A DNA stretch of 64,000 nucleotides from an uncultured Gammaproteobacteria bacterium (GTDB lineage: Bacteria > Patescibacteriota > Patescibacteriia > Magasanikbacterales > UBA922): the NCBI GenBank assembly GCA_964566225.1, contig CAZMHV010000001.1, positions 149,963 through 213,962 of the forward strand, in the 5' to 3' direction. The stretch's first letter is position 1, and every line of letters starts with the position of its first letter. The notes below the pieces were generated by a model that had not been told where the DNA came from, made no database searches, and saw only the letters and a program-made list of their open reading frames with translations. Positions 39,158 to 49,680 of the stretch are shown here, one piece after another. Made by a program: the position numbers and the translations under genes.

Positions 39158-42100
39158 TTACACTACAATACTCACTAATTTTCCTTTGACATAAATCACT
39201 TTTTGAGGAGTTTTGCCATCGAGAAATTTTTGAACATTTTCTTGTGCTATTGCTTGTGCTGTAATATCTTCTTCAGTAATATTTGCATCAACTTCGAGAC
39301 TGGCACGAACCTTGCCATTGACCTGCACCACAATCGTGAGTGTATCTGAGACGATTTTTGCAGCATCATGAGTTGGAAATGGTTGAATCGTTACAGAATC
39401 GGTGTGTCCTTGATTTGCCCACATTTCTTCGGCAATATGTGGTGCAAATGGTGCCAAAATTTTGATAAACAGTTCAAAGTGTTCCGGTGCAATAGTTTCT
39501 TCTTTGCTGAGCACGTTGACGAGTTCCATCATTTTGGCAATCGCTGTGTTATATTGCATATTTGATAGGTCTTCACCAACTTTTTTGACAGTGAGGTGAA
39601 CGGTTCGTTCGGCTTCGGATGAAGGTGCTGCTGATGCAGTCACTTTTTCTTGCAATTTCCACACACGATCAAAAAATCTGCGTACGCCTTTGACACTGTC
39701 CGTATTCCAAGGCTTGGTTTGCTCGAGTGGACCCATGAACATTTCATACACGCGCATGGTGTCTGCGCCGTATTCGTTGATCACATCCGTTGGATTGATC
39801 ACATTCCCCCATCGTTTACTCATTTTGCGATTGTCTTCGCCGAGAATAAGACCTTGGTGACGAGTTTTGGTAAATGGTTCGTCAAAGGTGATATAACCAG
39901 CATCGTACAAAACTTTGGTAAAGAAACGTGAGTAGAGCAAATGTCCATTCACATGTTCTTCTCCGCCAAGATAGAAATCTACTGGCATCCATGTTTTGAG
40001 AGCCTCAGGGGAAGCAAACGCACCATCATTTTTTGGATCAAGATAACGATAATAATACCATGATGAACACATGAATGTGTCGAGGGTGTCCGGTTCACGT
40101 TTCCAACCTTTGCCATATTTTTCTTCGACTCCTGCATTGAATGATTCAGCATACATGAGTGGAGATTGACCGGTTGGTTTGAAGTCGACGTCGTCGGGGA
40201 GGATGACCGGAAGGTCTGTTTCGGGAAGTGCTTTCAAATCCATGCGAACTGGCGCGAGAACTTCTTGCAATAATTGAGGGAATTCTACAAAACCATCTTG
40301 CGCACCAAAGTGCCCAGCATTGCGCATACGTGTAACACGTGCAAAAGGCAAATGCTGATTGAAAAATTGTTGGGTAGAAGCCAGATCAATGTATGGATCA
40401 GTAGTAGAAAGAATAACCACAACTTCACCTACATTTTCTTGCACTTTTTGGAAATCAACAGGAGTACTCATGAATGTTTTGAGCATCTCCCACATGTTGT
40501 CTCCATCACAAAAATTACGAATGTTGGTGTACCAAATATCTGTTGGCAAAGTCGGTGCAATGAGCACAAGCTTACGCAATTTGTGAGTCTCTGCTAATTT
40601 TAAAGCATTCCAACAACTGAGTGATCGTCCAATAACAATACTATTTCCATCTCCGACTACTGGTTCTGCAACAGCTTGCCATTTTTCAAAGACGGGTAAA
40701 TTTGCTTCGGGAAGTTCAGGCGTAGAAACGTTGATGTTTTTTGCTCTCAACTTTTCTCCAAGCCATGGATGAAAATGATCAGCAGGACTACTTCCCCATG
40801 CATGAAGTTGCAACACTGAACTTGGTGCCTGTTGGTATTGTTCCAATAATTCTGGCGAAACATTTTCAACATGAAGCATCGGAATCGGTGCACCCCAAAA
40901 ACGCTGGCGAGACACAGACCAGTCGCGGAGTTTGTATTGCACTTTGCGGGTGCCGATTTCACGTTGTTCGAGGTGTTCGATGATTTTCTTTTTGGCTTCT
41001 TCCACAGAAAGACCGTTCAAAAAATCTGAATTTGTGAGGTGACCAGATCCGGTGTGAGGTTGGTTGGTAATTTCCATATCGGGTCCTTTCACCACTTGAC
41101 GAATTGTTAAACCAAACTTCGTTGCAAACTCAAAATCCCGCTCATCATGCGCAGGCACAGCCATAATCGCACCGGTTCCGTAGGATGCAAACACATAATC
41201 TGCCATCCACACAGGAATCTCTTCACCTGAAACAGGATTTACAGCCTTGAGGCCCTTGAGTTCAACACCTGACTTTTCTTTTTGGGTTTGACGATCCATG
41301 TCTGTTTTCAATTTTGTTTCATCAATATATTTTTTTACTTCATCCCAATTCGTGATCAAAGATTGCAATTCGGGAACCAAAGCATGTTCTGGAGCAACCA
41401 CCAAATACGTTGCACCAAAAATAGTATCTGGGCGTGTGGTAAACACTCGAATATTTTTGGCAGTTTGCAAAACAGGAAAATCAACTTCTGCACCTTCACT
41501 TCGTCCAATCCAATTGCGCTGGCGCATTTTGGTTTCTTCGGGCCAGTCGATGCGATCAAGTCCTTCAAGAAGTTTGTCAGCGTAGTCAGTGATTTTTAAA
41601 TACCATTGTTCCATGGGGCGTTGCACCACAACCGTGTCACAGCGTTCACATTTTCCTTCACCAGTCACCTGTTCGTTGGCGAGCGCAGTTTTACAACTAT
41701 CACACCAATTTACATTTTGATTTTTGCGATATGCCAAACCTTGTTTGTACATGAGGAGAAAAAACCACTGTGTCCATTTGTAATAATCACTATTGTGACT
41801 CCCCACTTCTCTGTCCCAGTCAACTGAAATTCCGAGGCCTTTGATTTGACTCCGAAAGTTATCAATGGCAGCGTTAGTACTCACGCGTGGATGTACATTG
41901 GTTTTAATCGCATAATTTTCAGCAGGCAAACCAAAAGAATCCCAGCCAATCACCTGGAGCACCTTTTTGCCCATCATACGTTGATAGCGCGCATAAATGT
42001 CACACGCTGTGTACACTTCGGCATGACCCACGTGAAGACCGCTTCCTGAAGGGTATGGAAGCTGTGGGAGGATGTACATTTTATTTTCGGGAGTAACATT

Positions 42101-42181
42101 GGTGGGTGTCTTATACAGGTTTTGCTTTTCCCACTCTGCTTGCCACTTTGGTTCAATTTCTTTGGGGTTGTATTGATTCAT
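39158..42181 (-). CDS. leuS: Leucyl-tRNA synthetase with an inserted RBBP9/YdeN-like alpha/beta hydrolase domain
   Basis: PYPSGSGLHVGH, CP1 TTRPDT, DWSVSRQRFWG and KMSKR; about 200-aa insert. Confidence 0.96.
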   Translation of the reverse strand: MNQYNPKEIEPKWQAEWEKQNLYKTPTNVTPENKMYILPQLPYPSGSGLHVGHAEVYTACDIYARYQRMMGKKVLQVIGWDSFGLPAENYAIKTNVHPRVSTNAAIDNFRSQIKGLGISVDWDREVGSHNSDYYKWTQWFFLLMYKQGLAYRKNQNVNWCDSCKTALANEQVTGEGKCERCDTVVVQRPMEQWYLKITDYADKLLEGLDRIDWPEETKMRQRNWIGRSEGAEVDFPVLQTAKNIRVFTTRPDTIFGATYLVVAPEHALVPELQSLITNWDEVKKYIDETKLKTDMDRQTQKEKSGVELKGLKAVNPVSGEEIPVWMADYVFASYGTGAIMAVPAHDERDFEFATKFGLTIRQVVKGPDMEITNQPHTGSGHLTNSDFLNGLSVEEAKKKIIEHLEQREIGTRKVQYKLRDWSVSRQRFWGAPIPMLHVENVSPELLEQYQQAPSSVLQLHAWGSSPADHFHPWLGEKLRAKNINVSTPELPEANLPVFEKWQAVAEPVVGDGNSIVIGRSLSCWNALKLAETHKLRKLVLIAPTLPTDIWYTNIRNFCDGDNMWEMLKTFMSTPVDFQKVQENVGEVVVILSTTDPYIDLASTQQFFNQHLPFARVTRMRNAGHFGAQDGFVEFPQLLQEVLAPVRMDLKALPETDLPVILPDDVDFKPTGQSPLMYAESFNAGVEEKYGKGWKREPDTLDTFMCSSWYYYRYLDPKNDGAFASPEALKTWMPVDFYLGGEEHVNGHLLYSRFFTKVLYDAGYITFDEPFTKTRHQGLILGEDNRKMSKRWGNVINPTDVINEYGADTMRVYEMFMGPLEQTKPWNTDSVKGVRRFFDRVWKLQEKVTASAAPSSEAERTVHLTVKKVGEDLSNMQYNTAIAKMMELVNVLSKEETIAPEHFELFIKILAPFAPHIAEEMWANQGHTDSVTIQPFPTHDAAKIVSDTLTIVVQVNGKVRASLEVDANITEEDITAQAIAQENVQKFLDGKTPQKVIYVKGKLVSIVV

Positions 42182-42201
42182 AAAATAAGTCCAAAAAAAG
42201 T

Positions 42202-42990
42202 TTATTCTAAATTATTATTTACCATATCCAAAACTCTTTTGTGGAGAAGTGGATTTGAGATAACATAATCTTGTCTGCCGCGTTTCCATGGATTGCCATG
42301 ACTATCACTTACCACAGCACCAGCCTGTTCACAAATAAATAAATTTGGAAGTAAGTCCCAATCAAGGCCAGCATTTCCAAATGCAAAATCAATTGATCCT
42401 TTTGCAATATACGACAGCATTCCTGCACATCCAAAGTTTGACATGGCAGCATTGGTACTCAGAGCAAAATTTGATACGGCTGCTCTGTATTTTTCAAAAT
42501 AATCACCATATAAACCAAAAGGAGAACAACGAAACATTATCCCATACCCTTTTTCAAGGGTATCTGTATTGTTCACCATAATTTTTTTGTCATTCACAAA
42601 TGCACCCACTCCTTGCTCAGCAAAAAAAAGTTCATCAGAAATTGGATGGTATACCGCAGCCATATGCATGGTTCCATTTTTCAAAACAGCAATCATCACT
42701 GCCCAGACTGGAATACCAATTGCAAAATTTCTCGTGCCATCAATGGGATCAATCACCCATTCATATTCAGTCTCAGCTGCATTGATATCTTCGGTAAGCT
42801 CTTCACTTTTAATATGATGCGTTGGATACTTGGAATGAATTTGCTTTACCAAAAATTCACTTACTGCTAAATCAGCTATCGTAACAAAGTCTTTGCTATC
42901 TGCTTTGGTTTGAATTTCTACTCCTTGATAAAAATAAGGTTTGGCAATATCCCCCGCTTCACGAATAATCTGCTTTAAAAAGTCTCTCAT
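42202..42990 (-). CDS. Inositol monophosphatase family protein (SuhB-like)
   Basis: VTIAD, SEE, WVIDPIDGTRNF and WD motifs. Confidence 0.92.
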   Translation of the reverse strand: MRDFLKQIIREAGDIAKPYFYQGVEIQTKADSKDFVTIADLAVSEFLVKQIHSKYPTHHIKSEELTEDINAAETEYEWVIDPIDGTRNFAIGIPVWAVMIAVLKNGTMHMAAVYHPISDELFFAEQGVGAFVNDKKIMVNNTDTLEKGYGIMFRCSPFGLYGDYFEKYRAAVSNFALSTNAAMSNFGCAGMLSYIAKGSIDFAFGNAGLDWDLLPNLFICEQAGAVVSDSHGNPWKRGRQDYVISNPLLHKRVLDMVNNNLE

Positions 42991-43128
42991 ATCAGAATTT
43001 GGTGTCAAAAATATACCCGGTATGATACAAAATTTTCTCTAAAATTGCAAGAGTTTTGGCTTTTTTGGCTTGACAGAGAGAGAAAAATAGTATAGTGTAC
43101 GACTGGCTCAAAAGGAGGGAGCCAAGCT

Positions 43129-43281
43129 ATGGTGGTTGCCACCATGCATTTCACGTCTCTCGAAGATGCGGTCACGTTTTTGTTGACCGCAGCGGCAGTG
43201 TTTGGAGTTCTGCTCAGCGTGGGAATTTCACGACGCAACAAGCGTGACCCACGACGACTGCGACTACCGGGCGAGGAATAA
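43129..43281 (+). CDS. 50-aa single-TM small protein (SD-led islet; not in the ORF track)
   Basis: MVVATMHFTSLEDAVTFLLTAAAVFGVLLSVGISRRNKRDPRRLRLPGEE; TTGACA at 43070, SD AAGGAGG, terminator at 43339-43370. Confidence 0.6.
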   Translation: MVVATMHFTSLEDAVTFLLTAAAVFGVLLSVGISRRNKRDPRRLRLPGEE

Positions 43282-43338
43282 GTCCCCTCGCCACCCCCGA
43301 GAGACTCTTCCCCTAGGCTTTGTCGAGCCCAGAGGAAG

Positions 43339-43372
43339 AAAAAGATCCCTGTCTATGAGGGATCTTTTTTAT
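43339..43372. terminator. Bidirectional terminator
   Basis: AAAAAGATCCCT-GTCTATG-AGGGATCTTTTT. Confidence 0.8.
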
Positions 43373-43379
43373 TTTTGTA

Positions 43380-44612
43380 TTATCCACGAGCCTTCATGGC
43401 ATCGCTGACTCTTTCTACTGCCCGGACAAATGCAGCTACACGCATATTCACATTATATTTTTCTTTGGTTGCCCAGACTTCATTAAAGGCACGCACCATG
43501 ATTGTTTCAAGTTTTGCCAAAACTTCTTCTTCGGTCCAATAGTAATTGGAAGCATTTTGTACTTGTTCAAAATAACTGACGGTCACACCACCGGCATTGG
43601 ACAAAATATCTGGTACAAACAAAATTCCTTTGCTGTGCAAAATTTCATCGGCTTCTGGAGTGACTGGGCCATTGGCAAGTTCTACAATCATCTTGGCTTG
43701 AATACGTGCGGCATTTTCACCAGTAATAACATTTTCAAGTGCGGCTGGAACAAGAATGTGGACACCGAGTTCGAGCAATGCTTCGTTGCTCACCGCTTCA
43801 CTGCCAGCAAAGCCAACCACAGAACCAGTTTGTTCTTTGTGTGATTCAAGTGCGGCGACATCAAGACCATTCATATTCATCACACCACCTTTGGAGTCAC
43901 TCGCAGCAACAATTTTGTATCCTTCATGGGCCAAAATTTTCGCCATAAAACTTCCAGCATTGCCAAACCCTTGTACTGCCACAGTCACGTCACTCGCATT
44001 CCATCCCATTTTTTTGACTGCTTCTTTGGTTACATACACACCACCTTGCGCAGTAGAAAATCCACGTCCAGCAGAACCACCCAGGCTGAGGGGTTTGCCC
44101 GTAATCATTCCTGGTGCATGTTGCCCCACCAACTTTTCGTATTCATCGAGCATCCAGCCCATGATTTGTGGTGTGGTATATACGTCTGGTGCAGGCACAT
44201 CTTGTGTTGGGCCAAGGTACTTATAGATTTGACCAATGTAACCACGAGAGAGACGTTCGAGTTCAGCTTCGGAAAGTTCTTTGGGATTAACAATAATACC
44301 ACCTTTGCCACCACCAAGTGGAATACCCACCACAGAACACTTCATGGTCATCCAAAATGACAAAGCTTTTACTTCGTCGAGACTCACATTCCAGTGATAG
44401 CGAATACCACCTTTGTATGGGCCACAGGCATTGTTGTATTGACTTCGAAATCCCGTAAACACTTTGACCTCTCCACTATCCATTTTTACAGGGATAGATA
44501 CGGTGAGCACACGATTTGGCTGCTGGAGCTCTGCCAAAATATTTTTATCAAGATTGAGTGTAGAGGCTGCCAAAGAAAGCTGCTTCATGGCATTTTCAAA
44601 TGGATTATTCAT
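43380..44612 (-). CDS. gdhA: Glu/Leu/Phe/Val dehydrogenase (glutamate dehydrogenase)
   Basis: GPYKGGIRY, GGGKGG, DVPAPD, QGFGNAG, ELANGP and NAGGVTVSYFE. Confidence 0.95.
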   Translation of the reverse strand: MNNPFENAMKQLSLAASTLNLDKNILAELQQPNRVLTVSIPVKMDSGEVKVFTGFRSQYNNACGPYKGGIRYHWNVSLDEVKALSFWMTMKCSVVGIPLGGGKGGIIVNPKELSEAELERLSRGYIGQIYKYLGPTQDVPAPDVYTTPQIMGWMLDEYEKLVGQHAPGMITGKPLSLGGSAGRGFSTAQGGVYVTKEAVKKMGWNASDVTVAVQGFGNAGSFMAKILAHEGYKIVAASDSKGGVMNMNGLDVAALESHKEQTGSVVGFAGSEAVSNEALLELGVHILVPAALENVITGENAARIQAKMIVELANGPVTPEADEILHSKGILFVPDILSNAGGVTVSYFEQVQNASNYYWTEEEVLAKLETIMVRAFNEVWATKEKYNVNMRVAAFVRAVERVSDAMKARG

Positions 44613-44684
44613 ATGCAATACAAATAGAAGTAAGTACACAGTAGTGTACCTAAAACAGTCAACCACCGTCAAGTATGGTGAGGA

Positions 44685-44820
44685 AAAATAAAACAGCCCC
44701 TGCAGAGGGCTGTTTCCGAGCTCGTTGTTCCCCCCTGCTGTTGCAACAACAGAGAAGAGAAGTTTTTTTTCTTTTTGCCTTTAGGTAAATTTTTCCCATT
44801 GGCAATGTTTGTTTGATTTG
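44685..44820 (-). ncRNA. Candidate small RNA (~135 nt)
   Basis: Promoter TTGATT-17-TATAAT (44854-44826), internal hairpin, terminator AACAGCCC-TCTGCAG-GGGCTGTTTT; no ORF ends inside. Confidence 0.45.
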
Positions 44821-44913
44821 TGATAATTATACTCTTTTTTTTGGTTTTAATCAAACCAAGTTTTACACAGTTTCTACACAGTATAAAATGCCCCTTTTTG
44901 GGGGCATTTTTCA

Positions 44914-45237
44914 TTACATGTGTTTTTCCATAAAAGCCTTGAGCTTGTCTTTGGGCATACCACCCATTTCTTCTCCTACTACCTCACCATTTTTGAAAAT
45001 AAGAAAGGTAGGAATACTCATAATATTGTACTTGCCTGGAGTTTGTGAATTTTCGTCACAGTTCATTTTGCCGATTTTGAGTTTACTCGAATCTATTTCT
45101 GCAGCCAATTCCTCTACCATTGGCCCCATTTGTTGACATGGTCCACACCAAGGCGCCCAAAAATCTACAAATACTGGAATTGGTGAGTTTAACACTTCCT
45201 CCTGAAAATTGTCGTCGGTAAAAATTGTATCTTCCAT
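44914..45237 (-). CDS. trxA: Thioredoxin
   Basis: DFWAPWCGPC and SIPT; terminator at 44885-44911. Confidence 0.97.
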   Translation of the reverse strand: MEDTIFTDDNFQEEVLNSPIPVFVDFWAPWCGPCQQMGPMVEELAAEIDSSKLKIGKMNCDENSQTPGKYNIMSIPTFLIFKNGEVVGEEMGGMPKDKLKAFMEKHM

Positions 45238-45277
45238 AAAATAAAATTAATGAATACGGGAACTGATTGTAACATGT

Positions 45278-46324
45278 TTATGCTGCGGCTGCAAGATCTG
45301 GGGAGTCCTCGGCAGGAGCCTGGGTTTCTGCGGCGTTGGCAGCGTTTCTTTGCATCTGTACTACCGTGGCAGTAGGAGTTTGTTCGTCATCTCGTGCTAC
45401 CGGAGGAGCTTCTTCTTTTTGTGCAGGTGTTTCGACTGCCTGTGCCGTTTGTGCCTCTTTTAGTTCTTTTTGTTTTTGTCGTTCTGCTCTTTTTTGAGCA
45501 ACCATGTCTTCAACCTGTGCCGCTGGCATATTTTTTATTTCTTCTTTCACTTCTTCTGGTGTTTTTTCTTTTGCTGGTTGTTCTTTTTTGGAGGCTTCTA
45601 TTGTTTTTGCAGTCTCTGCCTTTTGTTTGGCTTCTGCAACTTCTTGGCTATCATCAAAATAAAAAAATGTGAGTTTGGCTTCTTGGGGTTTGCCGTTCAG
45701 CATATATCTGTGAACTGCTTCAAAACCAGTGTCTTTATTGAGTGTATCTCTGTGTTTAATATGAAATAGTCCTTGTGCTTCACCAAGTCCTGCCGAAGCG
45801 TTTCGTAATAAGTTTTGCATCTCTTGTGCTCGACTAAAGGGAATAACAAACTGTCCACCTTCAATTTCACTTTTTTGATTGCCGAGCTTGGCCATATTCA
45901 CCTCATTTTTCACAGCATACACTTCTTTAAATTGTTCACATGCTTCAGACCACATTTTAAAAATATTTCCAGAAACATTTGATTTTTCAACTTGTTTTTG
46001 TACTACTTGTTTGCCTTCTTCAAGTTGATCTCCTTTCATAAGCGCACTTGCCTCAGCAGCAGTATCAACTTCTGTTTCTTTTACCAAATTAACAGATTGT
46101 CCGAGTGCATCTTTTACTTTTACACGCTGCAATTCTACTTCTGGACCATGACCATCATGTCCAAGACGAGCTTTTCTTTCTCCAAACAAAGACCGGAATG
46201 TTTCTACTTTTCCACTTCCTATTTCTTGAGAAGGTTGCTCTGCTTGTTTTTCTTGTTCTCGGTCATCGTTTGCTGCCTCAGGAGGAAGTTCTTGTGAGGC
46301 AATTTGTCTGGCGGTTTGGGTCAT
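45278..46324 (-). CDS. Hypothetical protein rich in Glu/Gln/Ala/Lys
   Basis: Long ORF with low-complexity termini, ending DLAAAA. Confidence 0.75.
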   Translation of the reverse strand: MTQTARQIASQELPPEAANDDREQEKQAEQPSQEIGSGKVETFRSLFGERKARLGHDGHGPEVELQRVKVKDALGQSVNLVKETEVDTAAEASALMKGDQLEEGKQVVQKQVEKSNVSGNIFKMWSEACEQFKEVYAVKNEVNMAKLGNQKSEIEGGQFVIPFSRAQEMQNLLRNASAGLGEAQGLFHIKHRDTLNKDTGFEAVHRYMLNGKPQEAKLTFFYFDDSQEVAEAKQKAETAKTIEASKKEQPAKEKTPEEVKEEIKNMPAAQVEDMVAQKRAERQKQKELKEAQTAQAVETPAQKEEAPPVARDDEQTPTATVVQMQRNAANAAETQAPAEDSPDLAAAA

Positions 46325-46394
46325 AGTGAAAAAATAAAGAGACACCCCAGTCAGGGCGTCTCATGTTTGGGGTATGGTAATAATACCAAATTTT

Positions 46395-48422
46395 TTATTG
46401 GAATACAATTTTACGTACTTTGGATTCTTCGGTATAAAATTCAAGCACATCATCTACTTCAATTTTGGTTTTTCCTTCAAAAGTAAGTCCACATTCACTT
46501 CCACCTGGAATTTCTTTCATTTCTTGTTTGCCAGTTTGACACTTACTAATTTTACCCGTAGCAATGATTTCACCATCACGTTTAATACGTGCCAAACAAT
46601 CACGTTTTACTTTACCACTTTCTACACGTCCACCAACAATCATAGAAGTTTTTTCGGTACGGAAAATAGCCAGTACTTTGAAATTACCAAGTTCAGTAAC
46701 AATTTTTTCATGCTCGAGCAATTTTTCAAGTTCGCCTTTGACCCAGTCAAAGAGAGCATAGATCACTTCAAATTGATAAAATGGCATGTTTTTTTCACGC
46801 ATGAGACTCTCGGCATCTGGTGTTTGACGAACTTTAAATCCTACTACCAAACCATTGCCGGCTTCGGCTTTGTGAATATCGTCTTCATTAATATTTCCAA
46901 GTCCTTTTCCAATAATTTGGATACCTACTTCGTCGTGTTTAATTTTTTCAAAACTTCCAATAATGGCTTCGAGAGATCCAAGTACATCGGTTTTGACCAC
47001 CAAATTAAGCATTTTCTTTTTGGTTTCTTCGTCAGCCTGCGTAGCGACTTGTTGCACGGTCTGTTTTTCGGCACCCGTTTGCTGTGTTCGTTTTTGTTTT
47101 ACATCAATTTTTTCGGCAGTTGCGGCAAGTGAGACATCCAAAATATCTCCTACTTCTGGAGCAACTTTGAAACCAATAATTTGTACTGGCACCGAAGGAC
47201 CCGCATCATCGACTTGGATACCTTTATAGTTTTTCATGGCGCGCATTTTGCCGTAAATTTCTCCGTGTACTACGAGAGGGTCGTTTTTGTGCAAGGTTCC
47301 AGCTTGGATAAGAATAGTCGCTACTGGTCCAGTGTGTTTGTCAAGATGAGATTCAATAACCGTTCCGACTGCAGGAATTTGTGGATCTGCTTGGATACTA
47401 CTTTCATTTAAGTCAGTAACCAGAAGCAATACATCGAGCAGTTTGTCGATGTTCATTTTTTTCTTGGCAGAAATTTGTACTACAGGCACAGTTCCACCCC
47501 ATTCTTCGGTCAAAATATCATGCTTTGAAAGTTCTGTGAGCACTCGTTGTGGGTCAGCACCTTCTTTATCAATTTTGTTCATGGCCACTACAAATGGAAT
47601 TTTGGCAGCTTTGATAATTTGGATAACTTCTTCGGTTTGAGGTTTCACACCGTCATCAGCCGCAACCACAAGAATAGCAATATCTGCTACTTTGGCACCA
47701 CGACTTCGCATCACAGTAAACGCTTCGTGTCCTGGAGTATCAATAAATGTAAGGGCACGTTCTTCCTTGGTTTTGGGATCTTTCCAAATAGTTTGGTACG
47801 CACCAATATGCTGAGTGATACCACCAGATTCACCACTGGCAATATTGGCTTCACGAATAGTATCAAGCAGAGTTGTTTTACCATGATCAACGTGACCCAT
47901 GACCACAATAACTGGTGGACGAGTTTGCAGATCTTTGGCATTTTTGAGTGCCGCTTCAAGGGCTTCGGATTGAACGGTTTGTTTTTCTTGATCAACTTTT
48001 CCTTCGGCTTCTCTGTCTACATTGTAGCCCATTTCACCGGCAAGAATCGCAGCAGTATCAAAATCGATATTTTGATTTTGGTTGGCCAAAATACCATTTT
48101 TCATGAGCTCGGTAATAATTTGTGTCACTGGAAGTTGTAAACGTTCAGCAAAATCACGCACCGTAATAATAGAAGGAAGAATTACAGAAAGTCCACTTTC
48201 GCGGCGGAGTTCTTTTTCTTTGAGTTTTTTTTCTTCGGCTTCTTTACGTTTTTTTTCTTCTAAGTCTCGCTTGATAAATTTCCATTGTTTGATAATTTGA
48301 CTTGCAACTTTATCATCAATTTTTACCGCTTTCATACCAATATCAAAACCATACTGAGGCAGTACAGTCAGCATTTCTTTGGGGTGTGCACGAAGTTGGC
48401 GGGCGAGTTCGGAGACGTTCAT
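46395..48422 (-). CDS. infB: Translation initiation factor IF-2
   Basis: [28 protein letters not shown] and DVLGSLEA. Confidence 0.98.
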   Translation of the reverse strand: MNVSELARQLRAHPKEMLTVLPQYGFDIGMKAVKIDDKVASQIIKQWKFIKRDLEEKKRKEAEEKKLKEKELRRESGLSVILPSIITVRDFAERLQLPVTQIITELMKNGILANQNQNIDFDTAAILAGEMGYNVDREAEGKVDQEKQTVQSEALEAALKNAKDLQTRPPVIVVMGHVDHGKTTLLDTIREANIASGESGGITQHIGAYQTIWKDPKTKEERALTFIDTPGHEAFTVMRSRGAKVADIAILVVAADDGVKPQTEEVIQIIKAAKIPFVVAMNKIDKEGADPQRVLTELSKHDILTEEWGGTVPVVQISAKKKMNIDKLLDVLLLVTDLNESSIQADPQIPAVGTVIESHLDKHTGPVATILIQAGTLHKNDPLVVHGEIYGKMRAMKNYKGIQVDDAGPSVPVQIIGFKVAPEVGDILDVSLAATAEKIDVKQKRTQQTGAEKQTVQQVATQADEETKKKMLNLVVKTDVLGSLEAIIGSFEKIKHDEVGIQIIGKGLGNINEDDIHKAEAGNGLVVGFKVRQTPDAESLMREKNMPFYQFEVIYALFDWVKGELEKLLEHEKIVTELGNFKVLAIFRTEKTSMIVGGRVESGKVKRDCLARIKRDGEIIATGKISKCQTGKQEMKEIPGGSECGLTFEGKTKIEVDDVLEFYTEESKVRKIVFQ

Positions 48423-48560
48423 AGAGTGGATCGAAAATACGAAATATACGAAGTTAAAAAGTTGGCCTCAGTGTAGCAGAATTTTGCGATTTCGTCAATT
48501 TTTGTTTGTTCTGATACAAAAAAACGTCTCAAGGGACGTTTTTTTGCTCTAAAATCAGGC

Positions 48561-49097
48561 TTATTTTGCGTATTTTTCGTTATACATCTCAATTGATTTT
48601 TCTACGGCTGCCATAGCTTCTGCCTTGCCTTTCACCGCATTCACAGTCACTACATCACCTTTGCCTTTGAGAATTTTGTAGGTTTCCCAAAAATGAGAAA
48701 ATTCTTTGAGACTGTGTGGGTTTACATCAGCGATATCTTGTACGTGATCAAAACGTTTGTCGTTTGCTGGTACAGCAATCACTTTGTAATCAGAGTCCCC
48801 AGAATCAATCATTTCCATGATTCCGACTGGTCGAACCGCAACCTGAATTCCAACATTGAGTGGATAGGTAGTGAGCACAATTACATCGAGTGCATCACCG
48901 TCGTCCCACAAAGTTTGGGGTACATATCCATAGTCAAATGGATATGGGGCAGAACTGTAGTTGACACGGTCAAGGGCAATCAGCCCAGTTTCTTTGTCAA
49001 TTTCGTATTTGTTATATGATCCTTTTGGAATTTCAATAATAACATTTACTTCGTTTGGTGCATTTTTGCCACGTGGTACATCATGCCAAAGATTCAT
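48561..49097 (-). CDS. ppa: Inorganic pyrophosphatase (family I)
   Basis: NKYE, YGYVPQT and DGDALD. Confidence 0.96.
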   Translation of the reverse strand: MNLWHDVPRGKNAPNEVNVIIEIPKGSYNKYEIDKETGLIALDRVNYSSAPYPFDYGYVPQTLWDDGDALDVIVLTTYPLNVGIQVAVRPVGIMEMIDSGDSDYKVIAVPANDKRFDHVQDIADVNPHSLKEFSHFWETYKILKGKGDVVTVNAVKGKAEAMAAVEKSIEMYNEKYAK

Positions 49098-49161
49098 AGA
49101 GTAATATTAAGAATGATTGCTGTAGGATAGCAAAAAGTGATAAAAAAATCAAGTCTTTTGT

Positions 49162-49638
49162 TTAGAGAGAAATTCCCCCGGAGCGTGCAGACCCGGGTTT
49201 CTTTTTTGGAGACCCAACACCTGGTGTATACCCGCCAAAAGATATTCCCGCAGAGCGATCAGTCTTGGACTTTTGATCCTGCGCCTCTTGTTCTTTACGG
49301 TGAGCATCTCTGTCGGCCTGACGAAGATATGACGTGGCACGATAGTATGCTTGTCGTACCGCATCCAATTCGTTTTTGAGACTATACACTTTTCGTTTGG
49401 CAACACTTTGGTCCAAACTTGTGTCAGGAAACAAAATCAATTTTTTGTATTCAGCGTTTAAGTGGTTGACTTTGGCCTCTATAGAATTTTTTTCGCGTGA
49501 CCAAATTTCTTGAACCGTACGAGCCATTTTGGGGACTTCTCTCTCCCAATGTGACATTTTTTCGACAAAGATATCAACCTCAGACTTCATACCCTGTGCC
49601 TGAAGTATTACTTTGTCCCAAGGGGTTGAATTTGTCAT
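49162..49638 (-). CDS. Hypothetical coiled-coil protein
   Basis: 158-aa ORF with heptad character, divergent from truB. Confidence 0.6.
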   Translation of the reverse strand: MTNSTPWDKVILQAQGMKSEVDIFVEKMSHWEREVPKMARTVQEIWSREKNSIEAKVNHLNAEYKKLILFPDTSLDQSVAKRKVYSLKNELDAVRQAYYRATSYLRQADRDAHRKEQEAQDQKSKTDRSAGISFGGYTPGVGSPKKKPGSARSGGISL

Positions 49639-49680
49639 ATGTTTTGATATACTATTATCTCTTTACTTTGATTGTAGCAC

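Noticed and set aside
44669-44914. 81-aa ORF between trxA and gdhA
   Set aside because: It crosses two terminators and a promoter and is low-complexity; better explained as non-coding.
46374-48140. Long + strand ORFs opposite infB (similar ones oppose gdhA, cysS and pyrG)
   Set aside because: Antisense shadows of conserved housekeeping genes.
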